Counted from the first letter of the stretch, positions 38,038-48,701 are shown. The stretch is 64,000 nucleotides of DNA from an uncultured Gemmatimonadales bacterium (GCA_963716255.1 OY970303.1:4768001-4832000); one strand, 5' to 3'. Numbers and translations: made by a program. The notes: a model not told the origin generated them from the sequence alone.

Positions 38038-38401
38038 GCTCAGCCAGCCAGGTGGGCGTGGGCGTTCCATGTCGCGCATACAGGTGCCGAAAGTAGCGGA
38101 CTGCATCGGGAAGAACACCGGCACGTTGGGCTGGGGAGAATCCTCCCAAGAGAATCTTGAGTGCGGCCTCGGCTTCATCCCGCTCAACGCTCGCAGGGGA
38201 ATCTGAAGCCTGCAAGACGTACCATCGCTCGAGCTTCAACCGAGTCTGGGGGCGCGGCATGGATCCGTTCAGGAGCTTGGTGACCGCCTTCGGGTCGATT
38301 CCAATCTCCCTCGCCACTGGCCGCAGTCCTGTGCTCTCCACGCGTGCAGCCACGGCCTGGCGCAGGCGTTCCAGGCGCGGCCGCTCCTCAGGCGGGAGCA
38401 T
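38036..38401 (-). CDS. Small HTH protein with its extreme C-terminus interrupted by IS630 copy 2
   Basis: LRPVAREIGIDPKAVTKLLNG is HTH-like; the frame enters the IS at ...WLAEL (CTA codon). Confidence 0.6.
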
Positions 38402-38654
38402 TGCCTCCCACCTGAGTAGACGCTAGGATTTCCCAGCGTGGACTTCGTGGACCAAAAGTGGGATTACACTGGACAGGTTAGGTGCCTACGAGCTGAACGG
38501 CAAGGCGTCCCATCGCCAACCGGTCAGTGTCGCCCTCTTGGCGACTCAGATCGACCAGGAATCAGCTGAGCCGCGGAATCGTACGGCCGATCCGACATCC
38601 ATCTGCCTTCTTGCCGCTCTCCCCGGCGGTAGCAAGGCGTTCTCCAGTGGTGCG

Positions 38655-39263
38655 ATGCCGTTCTCCCCAATCATCGTTTCGACTTTCGTCGAACGCGCCA
38701 AGCGACGCGACATCTCGCGCTGGCAGAAGGCAGTCGACATGCTGGAATTGCGCAACTACCTGCGCCTCCACGGCAGATCTCACTCATACCGAGTCCTCGC
38801 CAGCCTAACGGGCATCGCGCGAGTCACCATCTCGGAGCAGATCACCATTGCCTCGGCGATCACGCCCGATGTGCTGGAGGCGGCGGGGGTCACGCCAGAG
38901 CAAATCGTACTTCTAACGCACAGCACTCTGCTCCGGATCGCCGAGATGCCTCCTCCGCAACGGCGATGGGCCCTGTGGGATGCGGTGTATGGTGACCGCA
39001 CCCTCCAGCAACGACCTGCTGGAGGGCAAGACCCGGTCGGACGTAGAGTGAGGGATGATCACCATCACGATCGCTCACGATCGGCTCTCCAGTGGCCTGA
39101 AAGAACAGATCTTTCTCCCGAAGAGGCAAGCCGCCAATTACGAACCCTCATCCCCAGAATCGCTGTACTTGCCGAATTAGTGGCTGGCGCAACTCGTTCT
39201 CACTACATCGCCCAGACTCAGCACGGAGGCTACGTGATCTACCTCGCTCCGAGTTCTGGATAA
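38655..39263 (+). CDS. Hypothetical protein with a ParB/KorB-like HTH segment
   Basis: RRDISRWQKA...SYRVLASLTGIARVTISEQITIA resembles the helix-HTH region of ParB-family proteins; start uncertain (38538 or 38655). Confidence 0.45.
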   Translation: MPFSPIIVSTFVERAKRRDISRWQKAVDMLELRNYLRLHGRSHSYRVLASLTGIARVTISEQITIASAITPDVLEAAGVTPEQIVLLTHSTLLRIAEMPPPQRRWALWDAVYGDRTLQQRPAGGQDPVGRRVRDDHHHDRSRSALQWPERTDLSPEEASRQLRTLIPRIAVLAELVAGATRSHYIAQTQHGGYVIYLAPSSG

Positions 39264-39464
39264 CCTGGTCTCGACTCCTCCCATGCAAGCCACCGCCCTG
39301 TTTCGCGGGACCGATTCAGGGCATATGTATTCACCGGCCAAGGTCGGTTGCCGGCCGGCTGACAGTACCGCTAGCCAGGTGGCAGGCGGTGACATCCTCC
39401 ATCCAAGTTATCTCGCCGATGCAGCTGGATCGCATACACTCGGCGCTTACTACGCCTCTCCAGC

Positions 39465-42248
39465 CTACAACTGGAGCAACTGGTCCCGTGTCCAGTGCTC
39501 GTCCCACGATGCTAAGACGCGCCGCGCAGTCCAGCGGAGGTCCGCATCGGCGGGCGCATTTGCGACTTCCATAAGTACCTGTCGTTCGTGATCTCTCAAC
39601 TCGCTTGCCAGACCGGCAAATGGAAGTGGTGCCAAGCCCAGAACTGCGACCTCTACCGCAGGGAGAGAAGTGCTCCGGAATCCCCCTGGCGCCAAGAAGG
39701 TCGAAATGTAAGCTACCAATGCATCGCGCGACTCCGGATCATCCAGGATGGCCAGGGCAGCTGCCATCAGCGGGTGCACGGCAAGGTTGCCAGGCCGGAG
39801 ACCGGCAATGAGGAGCTGCCGATCACGGAGGTCACCCAATACGTAACTCGCCTGCGAACTAAGAGAGGCTAAGCGAATGCTGGCCCAACGCGACATCGCA
39901 TAGCAGACGAACCCCACGCGCTCGAGGAAGCATTCGGTCCGGCGAGCCTTGCCCGATGCTTTTCCGCCGATAACATCATTAGCATCAATCGACTCGTCCC
40001 GGATTACAGGAATCAGACAAAGGGCCACTGAGAGCATGCGGTGGGCGGCGTAGCGCGAGTGCACGAGACCATCCAAGCATCTCCGTGCGAATCTGACGTC
40101 GACCACGTCGGTTGAAGGGTTCAGCCGATGCTCGGGAAATGATGCAAGCACCACCGGAGGGCGAAGGAGAGCCGCCTGGGTGAGCATCTCGTCAAGCTCC
40201 CGCTGAATCTTGCCGATGTGTACACGCTCCTCAACGAGCAGTGTTACACTGCCGCTCGTTCGTTCCAGGGCTTCCTTGCTGGATCGGATGTCTGCCATCA
40301 ATAGATCGGCACGGGCGGCAACAAGGTCTTCGGGCAGCGGGATAACGCCGGTCGCAGACGCTTGTGCGGCGGACCGCAGGTTCCGCAGAGAGCGGCGAAT
40401 TTCGGGGCGAAGTGCTTCCCTAAGAGCAGCATTATAAGCAACATATGCCCGACCCTCCGGAGTATCCTCGAGATCGTAGTACACGGAATTGAGGACTCGG
40501 CCTATCGCCGCTACCTCTCGCGTTTTCCCTTGGGACCGTAATCGTGCGGCGTGGTTTAAGGCATATCGTAGTGCCCAGGTAAGCGGTGGCACTAGCTCGG
40601 GCCTCCTTTTCGCAGTCTTGGTGATCTCCCGGGTGGTAACCGGGCGCCTTCGTACTAAGCTGGCCCGCTCCTCATTCGACTGCTTGCGCGCAAAATCATC
40701 TTTTGTAGCTGCGACTAGACGGCGCAAGACCAAGCCCAAAGGTGGTGCTCCAAGATGGTAGCCGTTGACCTTCAGCCCTGATTCCTTTTGCTCACATCTC
40801 TTCGCAGATGCGTGCATGTCGGCTGATTCGGGTGGGGATGCCGTCGCTTGGAACTCAGGTGGCCCCAGCCACTGAAGGCGCTGCTCCTGATCTGCCTTGC
40901 CAAGCTTGTTCCATTCTTCCGTAGGTGCCCAACGAGTTATTAAGCCATCGCTCATTTCGATCCGTGTCACGGCGCCACCCTTTTCCAACTGCGAAACACC
41001 GTGTGCCCAGCTACTACGACTATAAGTTGGGATAATGAAGCCTGGATGAGCCTCGGCATGGAGTCGGAGCGCAGCGCCGGTGAAAGGACGCCCTCCCGTA
41101 TGGTTCCAGAGAGAGAGTACAGCACGATACAACCTGTCGAGTGGGTACTCAGCGCCAACCCTCACGTCTCGGGGGCCATCAGGGGTCGAGTAGTACTGGT
41201 TATGGGCACTGGGCCGCAAGGCCGGAACAGAGACGATCCGGCCGCACCGGATGAGTTTAGTCAAGCATTGGGTAACGTCGGAGCCGTCGTCGAGTGCTAG
41301 TCCAGGTGCTCGCTTGGTTTCTGCTCGAATCTCGGTACAAGGTACCGCGCTATGGAGTCTCTCCACTGCCCGGTAGATCGCCTCCTCGACTTTGCCAAGG
41401 CGAGAACTTGGGAGAGGCGGAATCAGATCGGGGCGATCAGCAGGCGAGTAGTAGTTCTTCCGTCTCCACATGAGACGCAGCACCTTGCCAGCACGAATCA
41501 GCGAATCGATTGCGTAGGTAAGATTCTTCCGGATCGGCAACTCGTCAGCATGCCTCAGCTCATTCCAGCTTGCGAAGATTTGCTCTCGTGTGACCATAGC
41601 GCCGGATCGGGAGCTTTCATGGCAGATCGCCTCTGCGACCTCATCACACCTCTGCTCCCAACAGGCGGAATGTTCGCGACCGATCCGTAGTGGAGGTCGC
41701 TGAGTTTCATCCGCGAGGCCATATAGGAACTCCCGGCCATGCGCGAGGGTCGTGACCCGACCATCTGCTAGTCCAGGGGCGAAGATCAGTTGCCACGACG
41801 TAGAAGGCGCGTGGTGCCGTATCGATGGTGGCGGACTACTGTGGATTTCAGGCCATGCCTCTAGGATCTGGCGAGAACTCACCAGCGCGCCATGCTTTTG
41901 GAGAGCGTATCGAAGGATCGCTTCGGCAATCGCGTATCTCTCCAGCACCGCGCGTGTGATGTTGCGTCCGGGAAGAACTAAGGATTGCGGATCATTTGCA
42001 AGGCTGAAGAGGAAGGCGGGGCCGACCCGCCTCTGTAGCACGCGACCGTCAGCAACAGCTGGCTCGAAAATAAGCCTCCACTGCCCAAACGACTGTGCCG
42101 GAGGCAACTCCCCAGCATTAGCCTCGGCCCACGTCTGCCTGATGTTCGCCCCTCGTGCAGCGTGTCCAAGTGCTTTTACCGCGAGACGGAGGGCTCGCTC
42201 GCCCGCTGCGCAGAGCTTCTCTCTCCGCGCCGTGAATGGAGGTTTCAT
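39465..42248 (-). CDS. 927-aa protein with tandem winged-helix-like repeats and a helical C-terminus; putative transposon target selector
   Basis: Long ORF coupled to the tnsC-like gene (1-bp overlap at 42248); internal ~85-100-aa repeats visible by eye. The ORF is well supported; the function is inferred. Confidence 0.7.
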   Translation of the reverse strand: MKPPFTARREKLCAAGERALRLAVKALGHAARGANIRQTWAEANAGELPPAQSFGQWRLIFEPAVADGRVLQRRVGPAFLFSLANDPQSLVLPGRNITRAVLERYAIAEAILRYALQKHGALVSSRQILEAWPEIHSSPPPSIRHHAPSTSWQLIFAPGLADGRVTTLAHGREFLYGLADETQRPPLRIGREHSACWEQRCDEVAEAICHESSRSGAMVTREQIFASWNELRHADELPIRKNLTYAIDSLIRAGKVLRLMWRRKNYYSPADRPDLIPPLPSSRLGKVEEAIYRAVERLHSAVPCTEIRAETKRAPGLALDDGSDVTQCLTKLIRCGRIVSVPALRPSAHNQYYSTPDGPRDVRVGAEYPLDRLYRAVLSLWNHTGGRPFTGAALRLHAEAHPGFIIPTYSRSSWAHGVSQLEKGGAVTRIEMSDGLITRWAPTEEWNKLGKADQEQRLQWLGPPEFQATASPPESADMHASAKRCEQKESGLKVNGYHLGAPPLGLVLRRLVAATKDDFARKQSNEERASLVRRRPVTTREITKTAKRRPELVPPLTWALRYALNHAARLRSQGKTREVAAIGRVLNSVYYDLEDTPEGRAYVAYNAALREALRPEIRRSLRNLRSAAQASATGVIPLPEDLVAARADLLMADIRSSKEALERTSGSVTLLVEERVHIGKIQRELDEMLTQAALLRPPVVLASFPEHRLNPSTDVVDVRFARRCLDGLVHSRYAAHRMLSVALCLIPVIRDESIDANDVIGGKASGKARRTECFLERVGFVCYAMSRWASIRLASLSSQASYVLGDLRDRQLLIAGLRPGNLAVHPLMAAALAILDDPESRDALVAYISTFLAPGGFRSTSLPAVEVAVLGLAPLPFAGLASELRDHERQVLMEVANAPADADLRWTARRVLASWDEHWTRDQLLQL

Positions 42249-43588
42249 CAGGATCTGCGGCGACGCCGCACCGGTCGCACCACCTTACGGCGCTGTTTCT
42301 CAGTTGCGCTTCGCGTGTCGGCTAGTTCTTTCCGTTGCGACACCTTGCGCTTCTTTCGTGAACCATCGGGTTCAATCCTATCTGCCTGACTGGGCGGTGT
42401 TCCGGAACCCATGCTGCTTTTGGTGATGGCAACCGGGGCCCGCTGACCAGTTGCGACAGCAGCCGCTCGAGTCAGAAGCGCCTTGAATTCATCGCCCTTC
42501 GTGGGTGGATCCCTCCGCCTCAGGATCTTTTCGCGCAAGTGCCGGTGATATGGGAGCGCCGTGTGCAGGGTCTCCAGAGACGGCCGGCTTTGTCCCTCCA
42601 TGCGGGCGATCGAGAGCATCACACGCAAAAGGGGGTTGATCAGGGAAAGAAGGCCACCCGTCCATTCAAGGACGATCTGGGCGATGAGAGCGTCGTCCAT
42701 GCAGGAAAGATCCAGATCGTTCAAACCGATGCCTGCCCGACGAAGCACTTCTGCGATGTCCTGTACCGTCTCATACCGGCCCATCACCACGTGGGAACCT
42801 TCGAGTAGGTGCAGGACCTCCTCTGCATCTGAGAAGAGGATTTCGGGCGCGACGTGGCTCACCAGAATGATTCCCAAGCGCGGAGCTGGTGGACCAAATT
42901 CATCGCGCTCAAAGGGGACCTGGAGACGTGGATCGGAGGCGAGCATGAGATCCCCGAGCAACCTCAACGCCGCCCCCGACGCATGGTGGATATGGTCGAA
43001 GATGATCGTCGTGACCCGAAGTTGGCGAGCGGCAAAAACGAAACGCTCTGCTAAAGTCTCAAGGGATCGAAACCGTATCTCCGGGATTGACAGAGGTGCA
43101 CGCATGTAATTGCATAGCAGCTCAAGCATTTTTACTGGGGCATGCATCCCCGAAAAGATGCGGACCACGGCGACGCGATGCGGGTGGCCGGCAGAGCCCG
43201 CCATGTAGTTGTACGCTCGCCCGTAGTCACTTACCAGTGTGGTCGTGCCGACGCCGAGAGCGCTTCCTTGCAGGTAGAGCCGACCGTGATCGACAACCGT
43301 GCTTCCGAGACGTTCGTCGACCGACGCCAACACCCCCTCAGCGTAGCAGTGTTGGATCGGAGGAAGTGTTGAAGCAATCATCCGGGAGGGGATCGTGGGA
43401 TCGAAGCGTGCGAACAACTGCACGGCAACCCTGGTGATCTCGTCATCCGATGGTACAGGCCCCTGACGCCGCATCGGAACAGAGGGACCCGAGGCAAGGA
43501 GCGCGGAAGGACGTGCGGGAGGTGGCCCAGCTGGAAGGACACCCTCCAGTTCCAACCCGGAGTTCCTCTCTCCAGAAATCTCGCCCAT
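42248..43588 (-). CDS. TnsC/TniB-like AAA+ regulator with degenerate Walker motifs
   Basis: Directly follows tnsB; LYLQGSALGVGTTT (Walker A-like), TTIIFDHIHH (Walker B-like), LGIILVS and ILEWTGG-like segments typical of TniB/TnsC. Confidence 0.68.
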   Translation of the reverse strand: MGEISGERNSGLELEGVLPAGPPPARPSALLASGPSVPMRRQGPVPSDDEITRVAVQLFARFDPTIPSRMIASTLPPIQHCYAEGVLASVDERLGSTVVDHGRLYLQGSALGVGTTTLVSDYGRAYNYMAGSAGHPHRVAVVRIFSGMHAPVKMLELLCNYMRAPLSIPEIRFRSLETLAERFVFAARQLRVTTIIFDHIHHASGAALRLLGDLMLASDPRLQVPFERDEFGPPAPRLGIILVSHVAPEILFSDAEEVLHLLEGSHVVMGRYETVQDIAEVLRRAGIGLNDLDLSCMDDALIAQIVLEWTGGLLSLINPLLRVMLSIARMEGQSRPSLETLHTALPYHRHLREKILRRRDPPTKGDEFKALLTRAAAVATGQRAPVAITKSSMGSGTPPSQADRIEPDGSRKKRKVSQRKELADTRSATEKQRRKVVRPVRRRRRS

Positions 43589-43591
43589 CGA

Positions 43592-46303
43592 TCACCCCTG
43601 AGATGGCTGGTCAATCGCGGGCTTCTGGTCACGACCATCGGGGTCAGCCCCGTTGCTCCGCGACTTGGTAAGTCGAAGGTACTTCTCCAGCGAATCGACT
43701 TGCTGAAGCGCTACGCCATTCGGTGTCATCGAAACAGCAAGAGGCGAGGACTCCGAAGTACTGCTCCTGTTCTCCTCGTCATCCCTCCTCGAAGCAGTCT
43801 CTCCCGGTGGGTCGCCAGAAGGTGCGGGTAATGCGAGGAGCGCCGCCTTTGCCGGTAACGAATGGTCGTTGGGAAAGACTGCTTCTGCGAGTGCGTGTCC
43901 ACGCTCCTCCCCGTCCAGCCTTGCGGCCTGGAGGCGTTCTCTGAGCTGCCGGCGCTGCTCCCGCTCTGCATTCTCCGCCTCTCGTGCTGCGAGCCACTCC
44001 TTCTCCTGACGTCGCAGTTCCCATGCAGTCGGTGGTGGACAGGCCGGATCGTCGGTTCGTTCAGCTACGGCGAAGAACCGGTATTCTCCTCGGGCATTCG
44101 GCAGCGCAACGAAGATGATGCCGGGCCTGTACTCGTCGAAATAGATCCGGACCCGCCGACCATTCAGAGCCTCGATAAAACCCGGAGAGGAGTAGTGGTG
44201 CCCATTCAGCTCGATCCCGCAATTCTGAAGGACAGCGTCATCCTGAATGGAGAGCAGGGGGAGCCAGACCTCTGGCGCCACTTCCGATTGAACTAGTCCC
44301 CGGAGCTGCCTCGCATGAATCTCCGATTCATAATGCTCGCGGGGACAACGACGGGTCGTCCGATGTACGCGGCGGTTGTAGTAGATCTCCAAGCGATCCG
44401 ATATCAGGAGTTCCAGCTCTTCACGAGTATGCAGATCCTCGTCCGCCCAACTCCGTGTGTTCTTCCCGCCGTGATAACCGTTGAGATGAGGTAGGATCAT
44501 CTCCCGGATCGTGCGGATGACCCGCTCCACTGGTCCCCGCCCCTGAGGACGGTATGGTTCCGAGTGCGCGTGGTAGATACCAGCGGAGTTCAGAACGGCG
44601 AAGATCAAGGCGTTCTTCAGATCCGCTCCGTTGTCGGTGTACACGATTTCAGGCAATCCGTATCTCTCGATAGCATCCCTCAGGGCCAGCAGCGTGGTTC
44701 GTGTACTCGGAGGGCGGTCCCAAACCCGTACCGCCAGCACACATCGAGTACACATATCCTGAATTACGGTGAGACACAGCGAGTGCACCCGACGGTTCTC
44801 CACCAGCCCGCTGGGCCATACCCGACGTACCACAAACTCCATCTGCGAAAACACTTCGAATTCATCAGGGAAGAGAGGAACTGCAACCCCATCACCAACG
44901 AGTTCATACTGCACAAAAAAGTGGTCTATAAGCCATACCTTGTTCGGATATGGCACGTGGCGCAGCAAGCGAGATCGCAGCAAATCGGACCAAGTCGACC
45001 CACCAATGGCTCTTGCCCGCTCTGTATCTGGGATGTCCTGAACAATGCGTTGGACCCGCCGGATCTCGGCCCGCATCATCCCTGGACCGTAGAGATCCCG
45101 AGCGATATTCGCCGCAGTCCAGCCTGGATTGTTGGTGAACAGGTCCTTCACACGAGATACGAGTTCCGGATCCTTCGGACCCCGACGATCATCCGGATAC
45201 TGATGCCGGAGAGTCTGTTGGAGGACTGGGGAGGAGAGGCCAAGATGAGCGGCGATATGGTCTTCGTCTTGGATCTGTTCGAGCCACCGTTGCATCGTCC
45301 TGGGCGAGATATCGCGATACTTCTGGCAGTAGGGTCGGGAGATGCCCGGGAGGCCCGGTGAACCAGGCGTAGAGACCACACGGGCGAACTCCGCCTGCCA
45401 GTACTGACTCGCCTGTGCTGGTGTCATCCCACCGTTCAGAACGGGAGCAATTATCAGCCCCTTGACCCTCGCTACCTCATCAGAAGGGTTAGGCCGCCGG
45501 AATCCAAGCAAGGCTCCTGGTTGGGGTTGAGGGGCGGTGTGGGCCTTCTCACCCCACGTGGAGTTTACTGGAGCACCAAAAAGCACGTCGGATGGATCGG
45601 AGTCACGGTTCAGCTCCTGGAGAGCTACATCGATTCCAGTTGTGTCACCATTAGCATTGATAGTCACACCCGGCCTTAGATCCCTCTCTAGGGGGTTGCT
45701 TGCTGATCCATCTGCATCGTGGGTGACTCTCCGCTCGAGCATGGCTGTCAGCACGTCAAACAGCTGTGCACGTTCATTGATCGCGTTGGCTCCCTGTCTG
45801 GCGAGGACGGTAACCTTGGCCTTCCTCACACTCTGCAGGGCATGATGCAGGTCGGTGGTATCGTCCAGTGTAAGCTGCCCCACAGCGCTAAGCTGCTTCG
45901 CCATGGCCAGGCAACGTGCCACCGCTTCGTCCAAGCGGTCCAGGGCAGACAGCAGTTCATCATCGGCGCGGTTGCGGACGGATTCCGGAGCGAGATGCCA
46001 GGCCCCGGATAGGGGGAGCTCCGGTGAGGTGGGGGGCTGCTTTGCCGAATAGTTCGGCTTGGCGGATGGGAAGGACGGTTCCCGCAAGTGGCGGGAGAGG
46101 GCTGAGATGCTGGGGATTCTCCCAAGCAAGCGCTTGGATAAACTCTCGGCAACTAGTGCATCGCGAAGCTCGCCAAGCGTACCGCTAAATCCTTCTGCAA
46201 ACTCATGGACTGCTCGCCAGTCGATGAGGTCCGTATGCTTGCTCGAGCCTGACGGTGCAGAACTCGTCTGTTGGGTCGGTTCAACTGCAGTTGGCGGGAC
46301 CAT
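43592..46303 (-). CDS. TnsB/Mu-like DDE transposase (~903 aa)
   Basis: Likely start MVPPTAVE at 46303 (GGAGG RBS). HTH ISPRTMQRW; DDE triad in VWLIDH, VYTDNGADL and GRGPVERVIRTI; YYNRRVHRTT; Mu-C-like GIELNGHHY..VRIYFD. Confidence 0.88.
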   Translation of the reverse strand: MVPPTAVEPTQQTSSAPSGSSKHTDLIDWRAVHEFAEGFSGTLGELRDALVAESLSKRLLGRIPSISALSRHLREPSFPSAKPNYSAKQPPTSPELPLSGAWHLAPESVRNRADDELLSALDRLDEAVARCLAMAKQLSAVGQLTLDDTTDLHHALQSVRKAKVTVLARQGANAINERAQLFDVLTAMLERRVTHDADGSASNPLERDLRPGVTINANGDTTGIDVALQELNRDSDPSDVLFGAPVNSTWGEKAHTAPQPQPGALLGFRRPNPSDEVARVKGLIIAPVLNGGMTPAQASQYWQAEFARVVSTPGSPGLPGISRPYCQKYRDISPRTMQRWLEQIQDEDHIAAHLGLSSPVLQQTLRHQYPDDRRGPKDPELVSRVKDLFTNNPGWTAANIARDLYGPGMMRAEIRRVQRIVQDIPDTERARAIGGSTWSDLLRSRLLRHVPYPNKVWLIDHFFVQYELVGDGVAVPLFPDEFEVFSQMEFVVRRVWPSGLVENRRVHSLCLTVIQDMCTRCVLAVRVWDRPPSTRTTLLALRDAIERYGLPEIVYTDNGADLKNALIFAVLNSAGIYHAHSEPYRPQGRGPVERVIRTIREMILPHLNGYHGGKNTRSWADEDLHTREELELLISDRLEIYYNRRVHRTTRRCPREHYESEIHARQLRGLVQSEVAPEVWLPLLSIQDDAVLQNCGIELNGHHYSSPGFIEALNGRRVRIYFDEYRPGIIFVALPNARGEYRFFAVAERTDDPACPPPTAWELRRQEKEWLAAREAENAEREQRRQLRERLQAARLDGEERGHALAEAVFPNDHSLPAKAALLALPAPSGDPPGETASRRDDEENRSSTSESSPLAVSMTPNGVALQQVDSLEKYLRLTKSRSNGADPDGRDQKPAIDQPSQG

Positions 46304-46785
46304 CTGCCCTCCACAATCTGCGTTGCCGTGTCTACCGGAAGCCAAGGAAACAGCGAGTCGTCGGGTAACGACGTGGCGTAACCTCAAAGCACCGCGTCAT
46401 CAGCCCTCCAGAACTTCGCTCCATAGGGGGGATTTTCCGGCCTCAAGAAGCACGCCAAAACGTGATACTCTCATGAGCCTCTCTGGTGGATTTCCGTTTA
46501 CTTCAAGTCCAGTTGTTGCAAGCCAAGGAGCTCAGTGGTGAGTCCGATCCAGCCGAATCCACACTGGATAGGTGTTAGCGGTGGCGTCCGGATTCGTTCT
46601 CCGGCGGAGAGAAGGCGCGACTCATCCCTGGGTAATGCTGGCGCTTCTGGATGCCAGGTGCAGCCAGCCTGTTTGCCGAAGAGATGCCGAATCAGTAATT
46701 TGGAGGTCAGAATCCACAGTTGAAGGGTGCGAGCGCAAGATCGCTCTCCTGTACTTTGTACGCCTTCCGTATTGCCTGGATCGAC

Positions 46786-48006
46786 ATGGAGCAGCTCTTC
46801 GCGAAGTACGATCTCCGCCGGTCATTCGAAGAACGCGAGCGGCGCATGCACGACGAGATCGAGGCGTACGACTCGAACCGTCTCCTGAATACGGGCGTGG
46901 AGGATCTGGCAGCCCACTTTGAGGATGCATACCGCGTGGAGCCGCCGCGCCTCCGGGAGGAGGACCGCGTAGTGGATCACCGGGAGGCCAAGGTCGACGT
47001 GAGTCACCGGTGGGAATACGCTGTGCAGGACCGGAGCCGTCCGGCGTATGTCTCCGGCGCCGAGTTCTCGATGGAGATCCCTTTCGATGGAGAGGTGGAC
47101 CTGTTCCACATGTCACCCTCCACCACGTCAAACGCCTCGCCCCACGCGAAGGTGGGGCAGGGGAGGATCGTGCTGGAGCAGCGAATGCCCAATCCCGATC
47201 CGGCTGCGATCCGGTCGGAATTCGAGCGCGAGCTCTCGCTGATCCGCTCGTACCTGGGATGGGTCGAGGACGACGTGACCCGGTTCAACGGTTCCTTGCG
47301 GGATCGGGCGAGACAGTGGATCGAGGCCCGGCGCGAGCGGCTGCTCAGAGACCGAGGCGTCGCCGCCCAGCTCGGCTACCCTCTCAGGCGGCGTGACGAC
47401 GCTTCGCACACGTACGCGGCGCCGGAAATCCGTAGGAAGGTCCGACCGCGCCCGCCGGCAGCGAGTTCCGCTGCGTACGTTCCGGAGCCCGCCCTGGTAG
47501 AGGCAGAATACGAGCATATCCTATCTGTGATCCGCGGGATGGCGACCGTGCTGGAGCGGAGCCCGAAGGCCTTCCGGACGATGGGTGAGGAGGAGCTGCG
47601 CGACCACATCTTGGTCCAGCTCAACGCTCAGTACGAAGGCCAGGTCACCGGGGAGACCTTCAACTTTGAGGGGAAGACCGACATCCTGATCCGCGTCGGG
47701 GAGCGGAACGTCTTCATCAGGGAGTGCAAGATCTGGCGGGGGCCAAAGGTCCTCGCTGAGACGGTGGACCAGATCCTCGGCTACGCTACCTGGCGCGACA
47801 CCAAGACGGCTATCGTCGTCTTCAACCGAAACAAAGACTTCTCTTCCGTGCTCGGGAAGATCCCGGATGTCATGCGCGCGCACCCGAACACGAAGCGGGA
47901 GCTTCCCTATCCGTCTGAGACGGGCTTCCGGTATGTCCTCGGACACCGGGACGACCCAAATCGGGAACTCACGCTCACGGTTCTCGCCTTCGAGGTGCCA
48001 GCGTGA
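46786..48006 (+). CDS. Protein with a C-terminal PD-(D/E)XK restriction-endonuclease-like domain; candidate defence gene
   Basis: EEELRD...GETFNFEGKTDILI...FIRECKIW...DQILGY; start uncertain (46720 or 46786). Confidence 0.72.
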   Translation: MEQLFAKYDLRRSFEERERRMHDEIEAYDSNRLLNTGVEDLAAHFEDAYRVEPPRLREEDRVVDHREAKVDVSHRWEYAVQDRSRPAYVSGAEFSMEIPFDGEVDLFHMSPSTTSNASPHAKVGQGRIVLEQRMPNPDPAAIRSEFERELSLIRSYLGWVEDDVTRFNGSLRDRARQWIEARRERLLRDRGVAAQLGYPLRRRDDASHTYAAPEIRRKVRPRPPAASSAAYVPEPALVEAEYEHILSVIRGMATVLERSPKAFRTMGEEELRDHILVQLNAQYEGQVTGETFNFEGKTDILIRVGERNVFIRECKIWRGPKVLAETVDQILGYATWRDTKTAIVVFNRNKDFSSVLGKIPDVMRAHPNTKRELPYPSETGFRYVLGHRDDPNRELTLTVLAFEVPA

Positions 48007-48451
48007 AGCTCTACTCCTGTCGCCGATGACCGCGAGTTAGGCCGGCTGTCCGCTCTCCGCTCCGGCAATTCATGAGGTCTGTTCCATTTCTACTCGCCCT
48101 GTCCGTCTTTCCATCACTTCTCCGTGTGTGAACCGACCTGGCGCGGACACCATCAGGCGTCCGAGCCCCCCTATACTCGGCATCCGAATCCTCTGTTAGT
48201 CATCTCCGATTCCCAAAGTCAAAACAACCCGCACAATCAGCGGTCTTCATACCGTATGTCCTACTGGACCCACCCTGCATGGCGAGAGGCCCGCACAAAT
48301 CAGGATCCTCGCGCCGTATTCTACTGTGTAGGGATGAACGAGAGGCGCGTCGCACAAAGCGACTCGCCGCACCGTATCTCCCTTCAGGTCCAGACCAACG
48401 TGCTCATCCGGGCACACTGATCCCCAACTTACTTGCATAGGAGACGCACCC

Positions 48452-48643
48452 ATGCCTCAGCCCCTGAAGCCCGGCAACACCGCCCCGGCCAGCGGTCAGT
48501 ACGAGATCCGCGGCCCGCGCGGCGGCCACACCGGCCAGGAGAGAACGGTGACGCGGGGCGAGCCGCTCCCGCCGACCCCGGCATCCGGTCAGACGTACAC
48601 TCTCGTGGACCGCACCCGCAACGGAGCGGGACGGGCCAGATGA
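48452..48643 (+). CDS. YjzC-like small protein
   Basis: LKPGNTAPASGQYEIRGPRGG...TVTRGEPLPPTP...YTLVD; AGGAG RBS. Confidence 0.78.
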   Translation: MPQPLKPGNTAPASGQYEIRGPRGGHTGQERTVTRGEPLPPTPASGQTYTLVDRTRNGAGRAR

Positions 48644-48701
48644 ACCTCACCGGGGCGGATCGCCGGCCTGGCCGGTGATTCGCCCCACAACACTCACGCT
48701 T

